Shown: piece after piece, positions 10,246 to 20,464 of the stretch
Numbering within the stretch: position 1 is the first letter of the stretch
Layout of the letters: each line of letters starts with the position of its first letter
From: a bacterium
GTDB lineage: Bacteria; UBA8248; JACPRG01; G963555815
Assembly: GCA_965218795.1 (NCBI GenBank)
Contig: OZ244653.1
Span: 32,001 to 96,000 of the forward strand
Direction of reading: 5' to 3'
Length of the DNA: 64,000 bases
Position numbers and translations under genes: made by a program
The notes under the pieces: model-generated
Database searches by the model: none
Told to the model about the DNA's origin: nothing
Seen by the model: only the letters and a program-made list of their open reading frames with translations

Positions 10246-10353
10246 ATCCGGAGCCGGATTTTCCTGAGAATGGGCTGATCGGGCGCGAAAGAGGTATGGT
10301 TGGAGGACGGCGGCTTGTTCCCGCGCGGCGGAAACCGCCAGGAGCGGAGAATC

Positions 10354-10560
10354 TCAAATGCCCCGGTCGTCGTACGGATCGGCCTTTTTCTCTTCCTCAA
10401 CCTTCCGGTAGTCATTCTGAAAGTCTTCGACGAGCTGGTCGATCTCGTTCTTCGCGGGGTTTTCACCCGATTGCCTGAAGCGGGTCACGAAGTACGCCAC
10501 AACGAGCGCCAGCAATATCCCGACGGCCAGCCCATCAAGGAAGAGGCGGTAAGAACCCAT
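10354..10560 (-). CDS. Small single-TM hypothetical protein
   Basis: AGGAG-like RBS, hydrophobic N-terminal helix, charged tail. Confidence 0.55.
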   Translation of the reverse strand: MGSYRLFLDGLAVGILLALVVAYFVTRFRQSGENPAKNEIDQLVEDFQNDYRKVEEEKKADPYDDRGI

Positions 10561-11048
10561 CGCTCTCTTCTCCTGCCCTTCAGAGGATTCGAGTCCAAAT
10601 TACTTGTTCGGATCGCGTGTTGTCAACGGGTCCATCCTTCTCATCGATCCCCCGTTTGAGCGGGAGCCGGGGTTCAGAAAAATCCATTCCAGGGCGGCTT
10701 TTGGGGAGGCAACGCGCCCCCGCGATGTAGCGGCACCCCGCGAAAATGGAGCAGGCCGCGCTTGCCGCCTATCGCAAGCAGGATGTCTTAACGAAGTAGC
10801 CGGTTGCCTCAAGGCCAATGCTTCCGAAGAGCAAATTCGCGTGGAATGTCCCCCCCCAGGCCCATTGGCCTTCCCCCGCTCACCAGAGGGATGCGCTTGC
10901 GGTGGGAACGCCCCTCATGCAAGATGTTGCGGAATTTCCGTTCGGCCTTGCAGCCTGATAGAAGATCTTCGGGGAAAGGATGCCATCGGGATTGCATAAG
11001 ACCGGCGCCCCTCGCAAATAGCAGAAGATAATTCGAAACCGGCTTGTC

Positions 11049-12340
11049 ATGTTCTTCCGCACAATCATGGTATGGATTCAGAAGATTTTGTTGTTGCTTG
11101 TTTCATCGGCCCTGGCTCTGGTCGGAGCTGAAGTTTTCGTTCGCTATTACGAGCCGCAGGTTCTGAGCTTTCCGCACTCCCGGAAGAACTTCGCGCCACC
11201 CATCTTTCAGGCAAACGACAAGTGGCTCTTCGAGTTGCGTCCGGGGACCGATTACGACCATAAAAGCCCGTATGGAGACTTCCGGGTCAATGTGCGCGTA
11301 AATCGGGAAGGGTTCCGGGGACGGGAGATATCGGCGCAGAAGCCCGCCGGGACTTTTCGAATCTTCCTTCTAGGGGATTCGTTTACCTTCGGACTCGGTG
11401 TCGAGAATGACGAAACCTATGCGGCCGTATTGGAGGCTGGGTTAAACGAAGACGCCAGGAACGGTCCACGTTACGAGGTTATCAATGGCGGCGTTCGGGG
11501 TACAACTTGGCGCATTATTACCTCGCACTCCAACACAAGGTCTTCCGGTACGATCCGGATTTGATCCTCATCGGAATTCTGCCTTGGAACGATTGGGATC
11601 TGGCCAAACAAGACTGGGTGGCAGAACGGAACGGATTGCCCGACGCCCTGCGTCAAGAATTGTTCGTCGACGCCGAAGGGCGGGTGCGGCTGAAAAATGC
11701 GGATGTCCTTCAGGTCCAATCGACCCGGTTCAATTTCCTGCCCGAGTGGATGAAATGGCTCCTGCGCGAACATTTGCACGTTTACCATTTCCTCGGGGAA
11801 CGTCTGGACCGGTATCGAAATAACCTTCGGGAATCTTCGAAACGAGAGTTTTGGGGAAAGGCGGAAGCCGCGGAGCTTACGGAGGACTCCTTACGATCTC
11901 AGGGGCTGAGCCCCGAAGCCATCCGGGCAAGGCTGAAAGAGCAGAAACGGCAAAATTGGCTGAAGGGGTTGGCTCTCCTGGAGGCAATCGTTCAGCGGGT
12001 CAGAGCTCAGGCCACGCTGTTGGGAGTGATGCTCCTCCCTCACCTTTACGAATCCCATTCTGACATCCTGATCCCGCAATTTACCTATTGGCCCAGTCAA
12101 GACACTGGGAGGCTGCTTCTACAATGGCTGGGGAAACGAAAAGTTCCAGTTCTGAATTTAGTTCGGCTTTTGGATCCACATGACGAAAAACGCCTGTACC
12201 TGCGTTACGATAAACACTTCACCCCGCTCGGAAACCGGTTGGTGGCCCAGGCGCTCATCTCGTTTCTGCGAAATCATCAGCTGCTTCCCGCTCAAGAGGC
12301 TGCGGGAAAGGAACGTATTTCAAGCAAGAAGGAAGTAGAA
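11049..12340 (+). pseudogene. SGNH/GDSL hydrolase family membrane-anchored protein, frameshifted (possible assembly error); 3' end uncertain
   Basis: LGDSFTFG block I. One extra G in the run at 11497-11500 restores NGGVRGYNLAHY. The second half has ND and DKHFTPLGN; that ORF runs to 12517, overlapping the next gene. Confidence 0.8.
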
Positions 12341-12341
12341 A

Positions 12342-12593
12342 ATGAACGTGATCGTCAAACTGGGCAAACTTCTTTACAAGGGATGGATGGCGTTCGCCTA
12401 CGCGTTGGGATGGGTCAACACCCGAATCCTCCTCGTGCTGTTCTTTTTTCTGGTCATCACGCCCGTGTCCCTGGTTCTGCGGATGATTGGCAAGGACCCG
12501 CTCTTGCGGCGCTCTGAGCCTGATTTGAAAAGTTACTGGATTGCCAGGGAGAAGGGGTCCTTCGACCGCGAGTCCTACCTGCGGCAGTTCTAG
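12342..12593 (+). CDS. SxtJ family membrane protein
   Basis: WMAFAYALGWVNTRILL...ITPV...GKDPL...SYW...RQF pattern; RBS AAGGAAG. Confidence 0.85.
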   Translation: MNVIVKLGKLLYKGWMAFAYALGWVNTRILLVLFFFLVITPVSLVLRMIGKDPLLRRSEPDLKSYWIAREKGSFDRESYLRQF

Positions 12594-12627
12594 GGATCCC
12601 ATGAGTTGATGAATGAGAAGGAACTCG

Positions 12628-14376
12628 ATGGCCACTCATATCCTCGGGATCTCCTGCTTCTACCATGACGCGGCCGCCTGCCTGGTCCGGAACGGGGAGA
12701 TCATCGCGGCCGCTTCCGAAGAGCGGTTCACACGAAAGAAGCACGACGCGGACTTTCCCCTGAATGCGGCCCGGTACTGTCTGGAAGAGGGCAAGATCGG
12801 GATGGCCGACTTGGATTACGTGGGCTTTTACGACAAGCCCTTCACGAAGTTCGAACGGATACTGGAGACCTATCTGGCCGTCGCGCCGCGCGGTATCAAG
12901 TCATGGGTCATGGCCGTTCCGCTCTGGCTCAAAGAAAAAATCTTCATGCGGAAGACCATCCATGAAATGCTGCCCGATTACGGAGGGGATGTTCTTTTCT
13001 CAGAGCATCACGAGTCCCACGCGGCCAGCGCCTTCTACTGCTCGCCCTTTGATGAGGCCGCCATCCTGACGCTGGACGGCGTCGGGGAGTGGGCCACGGC
13101 CGCCAAGGGGGTGGGGCGGGGGGAGAGGCTCAAGCTTACCCACGAGATTCGATTCCCCCACTCCCTGGGACTCCTGTACACCGCCTTGACGTATTATCTC
13201 GGTTTCAAGGTCAACAGCGGGGAATACAAGGTCATGGGTCTGGCGCCGTACGGCGAGCCCAAGTACTTCGACCTGATGATGGAGAATCTGGTGGACGTCA
13301 AGCCGGATGGAAGCTTCCGGCTGAACATGGATTACTTTGCCTACACGCATGACCTGAAAATGATCAACCAGCGGTTCAATCAACTGTTCGGAGGCCCTCC
13401 GCGCGTTCCCGAAACATGGCTCGAACAACGGGAATTCGATATCGCCGCGTCGATTCAGAAGGTGACCGAAGAAATCGTTTTGCGCCTCTGCCGGAGTCTT
13501 CACGCCGAAACCGGGCTCGACAACATCTGTCTGGCCGGCGGCGTGGCGCTCAACTGCGTGGCCAACGGAAAGATCCTGAAAGAGACACCGTTCAAGGACA
13601 TCTATGTCCAACCAGCCGCGGGAGACGCCGGGGGCGCGGTCGGGGTGGCGAAGCTCATCTGGCACCGCTATTTGGGGAAGGAGCGGCAGCGTCCGCTGCC
13701 CAACGCCTACCTGGGGCCCGAATATTCCAATGAGGAGATTCGCAGGTTCCTCGACGACAAGGCCGTTCCCTATCGGGAGGTGACGTCGGAGGATCTGACC
13801 GACGAAGTGGCCCGCCTGATTGAAGAGAAGAACGTCATCGGGTGGTTCCAGGGCCGCATGGAGTTCGGCCCGCGCGCCCTTGGCAGCCGGAGCATCTTGG
13901 GCGATGCCAGGGACCCGGAGATGCGAAGCACCGTGAACATGCGCATCAAGTTCCGAGAGGGTTTTCGGCCCTTTGCCCCCTCAGTGACGATGGAGGGCTG
14001 CTCGGAATGGTTCGATCTGGAGCACCCGAGCCCCTATATGTTGTTGGTGGCCGACGTACGCGAAGGAAAGCGGGAAATTCCCTCGGTGACCCATGTGGAT
14101 AATTCCGCCAGGATTCAGACCGTCACCGAAGAGGAGAACCCCCTCTACTACCGCCTGCTCAAGGCGTTCGAGGCGCGGACTGGGGTTCCGGTGATCATCA
14201 ACACGTCGTTCAACGTGCGAGGCGAGCCGATCGTTCGTACCCCGGCGGACGCCTACCTCTGTTTCATGCGGACGGACATGGATTTTCTGGCGATCGGGAA
14301 CTTCCTGCTCGACAAGAAATCGCAGCCGGAACTGAAGGACGATGTGGACTGGCGGTCGCAGTTTGAGTTGGATTAG
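12628..14376 (+). CDS. O-carbamoyltransferase (NodU/CmcH family)
   Basis: YHDAAA, EERFTRKKH, HHESHAASAF, GEYKVMGLAPYG, GPRALGSRS, NTSFNVRGEP. Confidence 0.96.
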   Translation: MATHILGISCFYHDAAACLVRNGEIIAAASEERFTRKKHDADFPLNAARYCLEEGKIGMADLDYVGFYDKPFTKFERILETYLAVAPRGIKSWVMAVPLWLKEKIFMRKTIHEMLPDYGGDVLFSEHHESHAASAFYCSPFDEAAILTLDGVGEWATAAKGVGRGERLKLTHEIRFPHSLGLLYTALTYYLGFKVNSGEYKVMGLAPYGEPKYFDLMMENLVDVKPDGSFRLNMDYFAYTHDLKMINQRFNQLFGGPPRVPETWLEQREFDIAASIQKVTEEIVLRLCRSLHAETGLDNICLAGGVALNCVANGKILKETPFKDIYVQPAAGDAGGAVGVAKLIWHRYLGKERQRPLPNAYLGPEYSNEEIRRFLDDKAVPYREVTSEDLTDEVARLIEEKNVIGWFQGRMEFGPRALGSRSILGDARDPEMRSTVNMRIKFREGFRPFAPSVTMEGCSEWFDLEHPSPYMLLVADVREGKREIPSVTHVDNSARIQTVTEEENPLYYRLLKAFEARTGVPVIINTSFNVRGEPIVRTPADAYLCFMRTDMDFLAIGNFLLDKKSQPELKDDVDWRSQFELD

Positions 14377-14412
14377 ATCCGAACGAGGCCGGGGAACGCT
14401 GGGATTCAACAG

Positions 14413-14451
14413 AAAAAGAGCCGGGAGTCCGTCGTCTGACTCCCGGCTCTT
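14413..14451. terminator. Hairpin terminator between convergent genes
   Basis: Perfect 14-bp stem AAGAGCCGGGAGTC / GACTCCCGGCTCTT with an A-run on the left (U-tract on the minus strand). Confidence 0.8.
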
Positions 14452-14509
14452 AGTTCGATCGCCGCGTTGGGTCCCGGCGGCGCGGGCCGCGGGAACCTGC
14501 TCTCACCGG

Positions 14510-14668
14510 CTAGAAAATCGCATAAATAAACGGCGCCAGCGCCGACCCTTCCGTGAAGATAATCAGGAAGCTTAAAAGCACCAACATGAGCAGAATCGGG
14601 GTAAGCCACCATTTCTTGCGGTGCTTGAGAAAGTCCCAGAACTCAACCATCAAGCTCACGTTGCCCAT
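14510..14668 (-). CDS. DUF5989 (SxtK-like) small membrane protein
   Basis: EFWDFLKHRKKWWLTPI...GSALAPFIYAIF, 52 aa, GGAAG RBS. Confidence 0.88.
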   Translation of the reverse strand: MGNVSLMVEFWDFLKHRKKWWLTPILLMLVLLSFLIIFTEGSALAPFIYAIF

Positions 14669-14868
14669 GCTTCCAACTCCTGTGATATCAAAAATGTGAC
14701 CGGGGGGAGCCTCCGACCTGGAACCGCCGCCCCAACGCGGGCCTATATATAGCACACAGGCATCCGGGACGCCAAGGGAATCGTTGATCATCGGAAGATG
14801 GCTGTGATAGGTTGATTTCGTACACGATTTCGGGAAGCGTCTCGCCTCACCCTCCCTTGAATGACCCC

Positions 14869-15255
14869 ATGATTCGTCTGAAGAGTATCTACGCCGAAGC
14901 CGAACCTGAGGACGGTACGCGTATCCTCGTCATGCGCCGGTGGCCGAGGGGTGTCAAGAAGGAGCGGATCGATGAGTGGGTCCGGGGCGTGAGCCCCAGC
15001 TGGGCACTATTGCAGGCCCGCCAGTCCAAGGAAATCGCCGCTTCCCGTTTTTTCGAGAAATACCGGCGGGAAATGTCCGCTCAGACGGAGGTTCTGGAAG
15101 AGCTCGCCCGACGGGAAAAAGCGGAGACCCTGACCTTGCTCTGTTGGGAAGCGAAGGATGAGGATTGCCACAGACATGTGCTGAAGGCCCTCATCGAAGA
15201 AACCGGAAGCCGGTCCGAGCAGCCCTTGAAGACCCGGAGGAAGCGATCCAGGTGA
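14869..15255 (+). CDS. DUF488/YeaO family protein
   Basis: DGTRILVMRRWPRGVKKE, LTLLCWE...CHR. Confidence 0.88.
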   Translation: MIRLKSIYAEAEPEDGTRILVMRRWPRGVKKERIDEWVRGVSPSWALLQARQSKEIAASRFFEKYRREMSAQTEVLEELARREKAETLTLLCWEAKDEDCHRHVLKALIEETGSRSEQPLKTRRKRSR

Positions 15256-17372
15256 GCGCCCGCCGTTACAAACTGGCCGTCCCGACCGGCCCGAGCTCCT
15301 CTTCTATCGATTATGCCGTCGAACTGAACGATCAACAGTTGGAGGTCGTCATGGCGGAGAGCGGCCCGATGCTCGTCATCGCCGGAGCGGGAAGTGGGAA
15401 GACCCGCACGGTGACCTACCGGCTGGCCCGCCTCATCGAATCGGGCGAAAACCCCGGGCGGATCCTGCTGCTGACGTTTACCAACAAGGCCGCCGGCGAG
15501 ATGCTCCGGCGAGCGGAGGGCTTGGTCCGGGCCAATGTCCGCCACGTCTGGGGGGGGACCTTCCATCACGTCGGCAACCTCATTCTGCGCCGGCATGCGA
15601 AAGCAATCGGCCACCGCGGAAACTATTCCATCCAGGATCGGGAGGATTCCGCCGACCTGATCGATACCTGCGCGGCAGAGTCCGGGATCAACCCGAAAGA
15701 GCGCTTTTTCCCCAAAGGGGCTGTTCTGCGGGACATTTTGAGCTATTCCCTCAACACCGACAGGCCCGTTGAGGAAATCGTCCTTCAGCGTTACGGGGGG
15801 TTCCAGGACTGTCTCCCGAAGATGAAGGAGGTCTATGGCCGGTATGCTGAACGCAAGATCGAGATGAACGTCCTGGATTTCGATGATTTGCTCACCCTTT
15901 GGCTTCGTTTGCTGGAGGATCAGCCGGATATCCGGTCCCAGTACCAGGAGCAGTTTCGCCACATTCTTGTCGACGAGTACCAGGACACCAATCACCTGCA
16001 AGGGCGGCTGATCGATCTGCTGGCCGACGGACATCGGAACCTCATGGTGGTCGGCGACGACGCGCAGAGCATCTATTCGTTTCGCGGTGCGGACTTCACG
16101 AACATTCTCGAGTTCCCCAAACGGTATCCCGACGCGGCCATCCATCGGTTGGAATTCAATTACCGGAGCAGTCCGGAAATCCTTCAGCTGGCCAACGCCA
16201 GCATCTCGGTGAACGCTCACCAGTTTGAAAAGCGGCTCCGGGCCGAGCAGCCGCCGGGCGAGCGTCCCGCCGTGATTCCGGTTCGGGACGTCCTCCAGCA
16301 GGCCGACTTCGTTTGTCAGCGGGTGTTGGAGCTGCGCGACGAGGATGTTCCGCTGGAAGAGATTGGGGTTCTCTACCGGGCGCATTTCCATTCCATGGAA
16401 TTGCAGATGGAGCTGACGCGGCGCGGGGTTCCTTTCCAGGTTCGATCGGGTCTCCGGTTTTTCGAACAGCGTCACGTCAAAGACGCAACCGCTCATCTGA
16501 AGGTGGTCGTGAATCCAAGGGATGAGATCGCCTGGAAGCGCGTATTGCAGCTGCTCCCCGGCGTTGGAAAGGCGACGGCCCACAGGTTTTGGCGCGCCGT
16601 CTGCGCATCCTCCGATCCACTCGGGGAACTGGGGAGCGAGGGGTTCCAGGCCATTTTCCCCAAGCGCGCCAAGGGTGAATGGCGGCGGCTGGCCGAGACC
16701 CTCCAGGACATGCGCGGGGAGGCTAGAGAGGACGGTCCGGCAGAAATGATTCGCCTCGTCCTGGACCACGGCTACCGGGACTACCTGAGCCGCCATTTTC
16801 CAAATGCCGCCGCGCGGATGGAGGATCTGGAGCAGTTGGCACGTTTCGCGGAGCAATTCGAGGCGACGGATGCCTTCTTGAGCGAGCTGGCCCTGATGAC
16901 GACGGTGGGCGAGGATACCGCGGAGGAAGAGGATCCGGACGGGTTGCTGGTCCTCAGCTCGGTCCACCAGGCGAAGGGGCTGGAGTGGAAGGTGGTGTTC
17001 GTGTTGTGGCTTGTCGAGGAGCGCTTCCCTTCGGGGCTCGCCCTCCGGGAAAGCGGGGAGGACGAGGAGGAGCGCAGGCTCTTTTACGTCGCTGTGACGC
17101 GCGCGAAGAAAAACCTGTACCTATGCTATCCGTTGCTGGAGATGGGCCGACACCGAACGGGCACCCTGACCAAACCCTCCCGCTTTCTGAAAGAACTGCC
17201 GGAAACGGTCTACGAGCAGTGGACCATAGAGGAGGATTCCTTCGGTCGCCCGGAAGAGCCGGAAGGCGGAGAAGGGGGAAACGGGCGTCCGGCCGGGTCG
17301 CATTCCAGGGCCGGGGGAGACGATCGTTGGGTGGATGAACATTTTGAACAGAGGGACCCTGCGGATTTTTAG
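15252..17372 (+). CDS. UvrD/Rep/PcrA family ATP-dependent helicase
   Basis: AGAGSGKT, TFTNKAA, VDEYQD, GDDAQSIYSFRGA, HQAKGLEW, EERRLFYVAVTRAK. Confidence 0.96.
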   Translation: MSARRYKLAVPTGPSSSSIDYAVELNDQQLEVVMAESGPMLVIAGAGSGKTRTVTYRLARLIESGENPGRILLLTFTNKAAGEMLRRAEGLVRANVRHVWGGTFHHVGNLILRRHAKAIGHRGNYSIQDREDSADLIDTCAAESGINPKERFFPKGAVLRDILSYSLNTDRPVEEIVLQRYGGFQDCLPKMKEVYGRYAERKIEMNVLDFDDLLTLWLRLLEDQPDIRSQYQEQFRHILVDEYQDTNHLQGRLIDLLADGHRNLMVVGDDAQSIYSFRGADFTNILEFPKRYPDAAIHRLEFNYRSSPEILQLANASISVNAHQFEKRLRAEQPPGERPAVIPVRDVLQQADFVCQRVLELRDEDVPLEEIGVLYRAHFHSMELQMELTRRGVPFQVRSGLRFFEQRHVKDATAHLKVVVNPRDEIAWKRVLQLLPGVGKATAHRFWRAVCASSDPLGELGSEGFQAIFPKRAKGEWRRLAETLQDMRGEAREDGPAEMIRLVLDHGYRDYLSRHFPNAAARMEDLEQLARFAEQFEATDAFLSELALMTTVGEDTAEEEDPDGLLVLSSVHQAKGLEWKVVFVLWLVEERFPSGLALRESGEDEEERRLFYVAVTRAKKNLYLCYPLLEMGRHRTGTLTKPSRFLKELPETVYEQWTIEEDSFGRPEEPEGGEGGNGRPAGSHSRAGGDDRWVDEHFEQRDPADF

Positions 17373-17446
17373 CCGAGGCGGATTCCGGGCGGTGGGCAGG
17401 GTACTCAGGCCCTGAAGCCCTCCGGATGATGCGCCGCCGGAGGTTG

Positions 17447-17474
17447 TTGACATTCTCGATGGGCCTATTAGATT
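17447..17474 (+). promoter_or_regulatory. Candidate sigma70 promoter for trkAH
   Basis: TTGACA-N16-TAGATT. Confidence 0.5.
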
Positions 17475-17475
17475 G

Positions 17476-17614
17476 GAAGCGTTCTGTGGTGGGCATGTGG
17501 CGAATCCGCCAGGAAGGGGTTTCCCTTGCTCCTGAGCGGGCAGGGAATACGGACGGCGGCAACGTCGAGACCCGAATCCAGTCCGGAATTGCTTCATTCG
17601 ATACGGGGGATTCC
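17476..17614 (+). ncRNA. Candidate structured 5' leader resembling the 3' half of a c-di-AMP (ydaO) riboswitch
   Basis: GGCGAATCC-hairpin-GCAGGG-N25-CCCGAATCC, closed by a GAAGC/GCTTC stem, upstream of trkA. Confidence 0.35.
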
Positions 17615-18958
17615 GTGCGAATCATCGTCATAGGGGCGGGCGAGGTCGGTTTTCATATCACACGGCGTCTCGTTCAGGAGCATCAGGACGTGGTGCTCGT
17701 CGATCAAGACCCGGAAGTGATCCAGCAGGTCTCCGACAAGCTGGACGCCCTGACGATTTTGGGAAACGGCGCGAATCCCCGCGTCTTGGCCGAGGCGGGC
17801 TTGAAGGATGCGGAGATGCTGATTGCCGTCAGCAACGATGATTCCATCAACCTTTCGGCCTGCCACCTGGCGGCGGCCAACGGTGTCACCATGAAGATCG
17901 CGCGCGTGGGGGACCCCGCCTATTTCCGGGAGGATGTGGAGATCGAAGGCCGGGATTTCGGGGCGGACCTGCTGATCAACCCCGCCCAGGAGGTGGCCAA
18001 CAACATCGATCGCCTGCTGAGCACCCCGGGTGCGACGGAGGTCGCCGATTTCTTTGACGGGCGCCTTCAGATGATCGGCCTGCGGGTCGGGGAGGACTCG
18101 CCCATCAGCGGACGGTCGCTCAAATCCCTCGGTGATACCATTCGGGAATCGGGGTTTATCGTTTTGGGTCTCAGCCGGGACGGGGAGGTGTCCATACCGC
18201 GGGGGAACACGGTCATCAAGTCGCACGAGTACCTGGTGGCGATGGTCCGGACCGAAAGCGTCCCCGCGCTCATGGAGTTTTGCGGCGTCGTACGGGAAAC
18301 CATCGAGCGGGTGTTGATCGTGGGAGGCGGACGGGTGGGATACGCCTTGGCCGAGCTTCTCTCACAGAGGCACCTGAAGGTGAAGGTGGTCGAGACCAGC
18401 GACAAGCGGGCGAAGGTGCTGGCCGAAAATCTACCCAATGTGCTGGTGCTCCACGGGGACGGAACCGATATCGGATTCCTCCGCTCGGAAGGGATCGAGG
18501 ATACCGATGTCGTCGTCACGGTCTCGGATGATGAAGAGACAAACCTCTTTGCCGCTCTCTTGGCCAAGCGCAACGGGTGCCGGAAGACAGTGACCCTCCT
18601 CAACCGTCCGGATTACATCTCTCTGGTCTACTCGCTGGGCATCGATGCCGCCGTGAGCCCCCGGCTCGTCACGGCCAGCGTGATCCTGCGGTACCTCAAG
18701 GGGCCGAACATCCTGGCCCAGTTCACCAGCGCCTTCAACGAAGCGGAAGTAGTCGCGCTGGAAGTCGGCTCCAAGGCCAAGGCCGAAGGGAAGACCCTGG
18801 CCAAGCTGGACCTTCCCCGAAACGCCGTCCTCGCCGGGCTCTGCCGCGGGGATGAGGTGGCGATTCCCCACGGCGGAACGTCCATTCACGGAGGCGACCG
18901 CGTGCTCATGTTCGCCCTCCCGGAGGCCTGGGCGGAGGCCGAACGGCTTTTCGAATAA
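17615..18958 (+). CDS. trkA: Trk potassium uptake NAD-binding subunit
   Basis: Two RCK units (GAGEVG; GGGRVG), GDGTD; upstream of trkH. Confidence 0.95.
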   Translation: MRIIVIGAGEVGFHITRRLVQEHQDVVLVDQDPEVIQQVSDKLDALTILGNGANPRVLAEAGLKDAEMLIAVSNDDSINLSACHLAAANGVTMKIARVGDPAYFREDVEIEGRDFGADLLINPAQEVANNIDRLLSTPGATEVADFFDGRLQMIGLRVGEDSPISGRSLKSLGDTIRESGFIVLGLSRDGEVSIPRGNTVIKSHEYLVAMVRTESVPALMEFCGVVRETIERVLIVGGGRVGYALAELLSQRHLKVKVVETSDKRAKVLAENLPNVLVLHGDGTDIGFLRSEGIEDTDVVVTVSDDEETNLFAALLAKRNGCRKTVTLLNRPDYISLVYSLGIDAAVSPRLVTASVILRYLKGPNILAQFTSAFNEAEVVALEVGSKAKAEGKTLAKLDLPRNAVLAGLCRGDEVAIPHGGTSIHGGDRVLMFALPEAWAEAERLFE

Positions 18959-18979
18959 ACCGCCTATGTTCTCCCGACC

Positions 18980-20422
18980 ATGAAAATCCGGTCCGTTCTT
19001 CGAATCCTGGGTTTCATCGCCCTCCTGCTGGGGGGCGTTTTCCTGATCCCGACGGTGATCGCGGTCATTCGCGGAGGCGGGGATATGGTCTCCTTCGCTG
19101 CTTCCGCCGTTATCTCCGTCGTCGCCGGGGCCTTCCTGATTTTTATGGGCAAGAAGGAGGAGCTGGGCATCCGGGACGGGTTCGCCTTGGTCACCGGAAC
19201 CTGGCTCTTCATCGCCATTCTCGGCGCATTTCCCTACTGGCTGTCCGGTATCCTTCCTTCCTATACCGACGCCTTTTTCGAGGCCATGTCGGGCGTGACG
19301 ACCACTGGGGCGACCGTGCTCCGGGATATCGAGTCGCTTCCGGATGGAATCATGTTCTGGAGAAGTTTCAGCCAGTGGCTGGGGGGGATGGGGATCATCG
19401 TATTGACCGCGGCCCTTCTCCCGTTGTTCGGGGTGGGTGGGCTTCAGATCTTGAACGCCGAAGCTCCGGGCCCCACGTTCGAACGCCTGGTGCCGCGGAT
19501 TCAGGAAACAGCCATGCTGTTGTGGGGGGTCTACGTCCTGCTGTCCGCCGCGGAATTTCTCCTGCTGTTCGCGGGAGGGATGCCCGTCTTCGAGGCCGTT
19601 CTGCATACCTTCACGACGATGGCCACGGGCGGATTCTCGCCCAAAAACACCGGCGTTGCCGCCTACGCGAGCCCGTACATCCAGTGGGTCATCATCGTCT
19701 TCATGTTCCTCGCCGGAACCAGCTTCAGTCTTCATTTCTTCGCCCTCCGCGGGAAGTCGCTCAAAGGGTATTGGAAGAACACGGAGTTCCGATTTTACCT
19801 GACGGTGATATGCGTCGCGATCGTTTTCACTGCGGGGATTCTGATCTGGAAGGTGCCGGGAGATATCGAGCGGTCCATCCGGGACGCGGCCTTTCAGGTG
19901 GTCGCCATCGTGACTACCACCGGGTTCGTCACGGCCGACTTTGAGCACTGGCCGATGGTTCTCCAAGGGCTTCTGCTGTTCCTGATGTTCTTTGGGGGTT
20001 GCGCCGGCTCGACGGGCGGCGGGATGAAGCACATGCGGCTGCTCTTGCTGGTCCGGCACTCGGGCGTCCAGATGGTGAAGCTCATCCATCCGAGGGCGGT
20101 GAAGGGGCTGTTTCTGGGCGAGCACACGGTCACCGACGAAGTGATCCAGGGCGTCCAGTCCTTTTTCTTCCTGTACCTGTCGCTCTGGGCCGGAGGGACG
20201 ATCGTGCTGGCGGCGACGGGGCTGGATCTGCTGACCGGGATATCCGCGGCAGCATCGGCCCTGGGCAACGTGGGTCCGGGATTGGGCGAGGTCGGTCCGG
20301 TCGAGAACTATGCCGGCCTGCCCGGTACGGCGAAATGGGTCCTTTCCGCCTTGATGCTCATGGGGAGGCTGGAAATCTTCCCGGTGCTCGTCCTCTTGAG
20401 CCCGGAAATCCGGCGTCGCTAG
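18980..20422 (+). CDS. trkH: Trk potassium uptake membrane subunit
   Basis: SGVTTTGAT, QWLGGMGII, TGGFS, GGCAGSTGGGMK, GNVGPG, GRLE. Confidence 0.96.
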   Translation: MKIRSVLRILGFIALLLGGVFLIPTVIAVIRGGGDMVSFAASAVISVVAGAFLIFMGKKEELGIRDGFALVTGTWLFIAILGAFPYWLSGILPSYTDAFFEAMSGVTTTGATVLRDIESLPDGIMFWRSFSQWLGGMGIIVLTAALLPLFGVGGLQILNAEAPGPTFERLVPRIQETAMLLWGVYVLLSAAEFLLLFAGGMPVFEAVLHTFTTMATGGFSPKNTGVAAYASPYIQWVIIVFMFLAGTSFSLHFFALRGKSLKGYWKNTEFRFYLTVICVAIVFTAGILIWKVPGDIERSIRDAAFQVVAIVTTTGFVTADFEHWPMVLQGLLLFLMFFGGCAGSTGGGMKHMRLLLLVRHSGVQMVKLIHPRAVKGLFLGEHTVTDEVIQGVQSFFFLYLSLWAGGTIVLAATGLDLLTGISAAASALGNVGPGLGEVGPVENYAGLPGTAKWVLSALMLMGRLEIFPVLVLLSPEIRRR

Positions 20423-20464
20423 GACGCGAAGGCAGGGGGCGGTTCGGCAGCATCCAAGCCGCCT

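Noticed and set aside
10561-11048. ncRNA or small gene in a 490-bp intergenic gap
   Set aside because: No convincing motif, RBS-supported ORF or strong structure found by eye.
11049-14668. Saxitoxin biosynthesis cluster
   Set aside because: Only the widespread sxtI/J/K/L-like families are present; no sxtA, sxtG or sxtB-like genes.
18431-20125. Long antisense ORFs (564 aa here; also 15081-16967, 35319-36965, 44762-46468, 55878-57275)
   Set aside because: Shadow frames of well-supported GC-rich genes, with no recognisable motifs.
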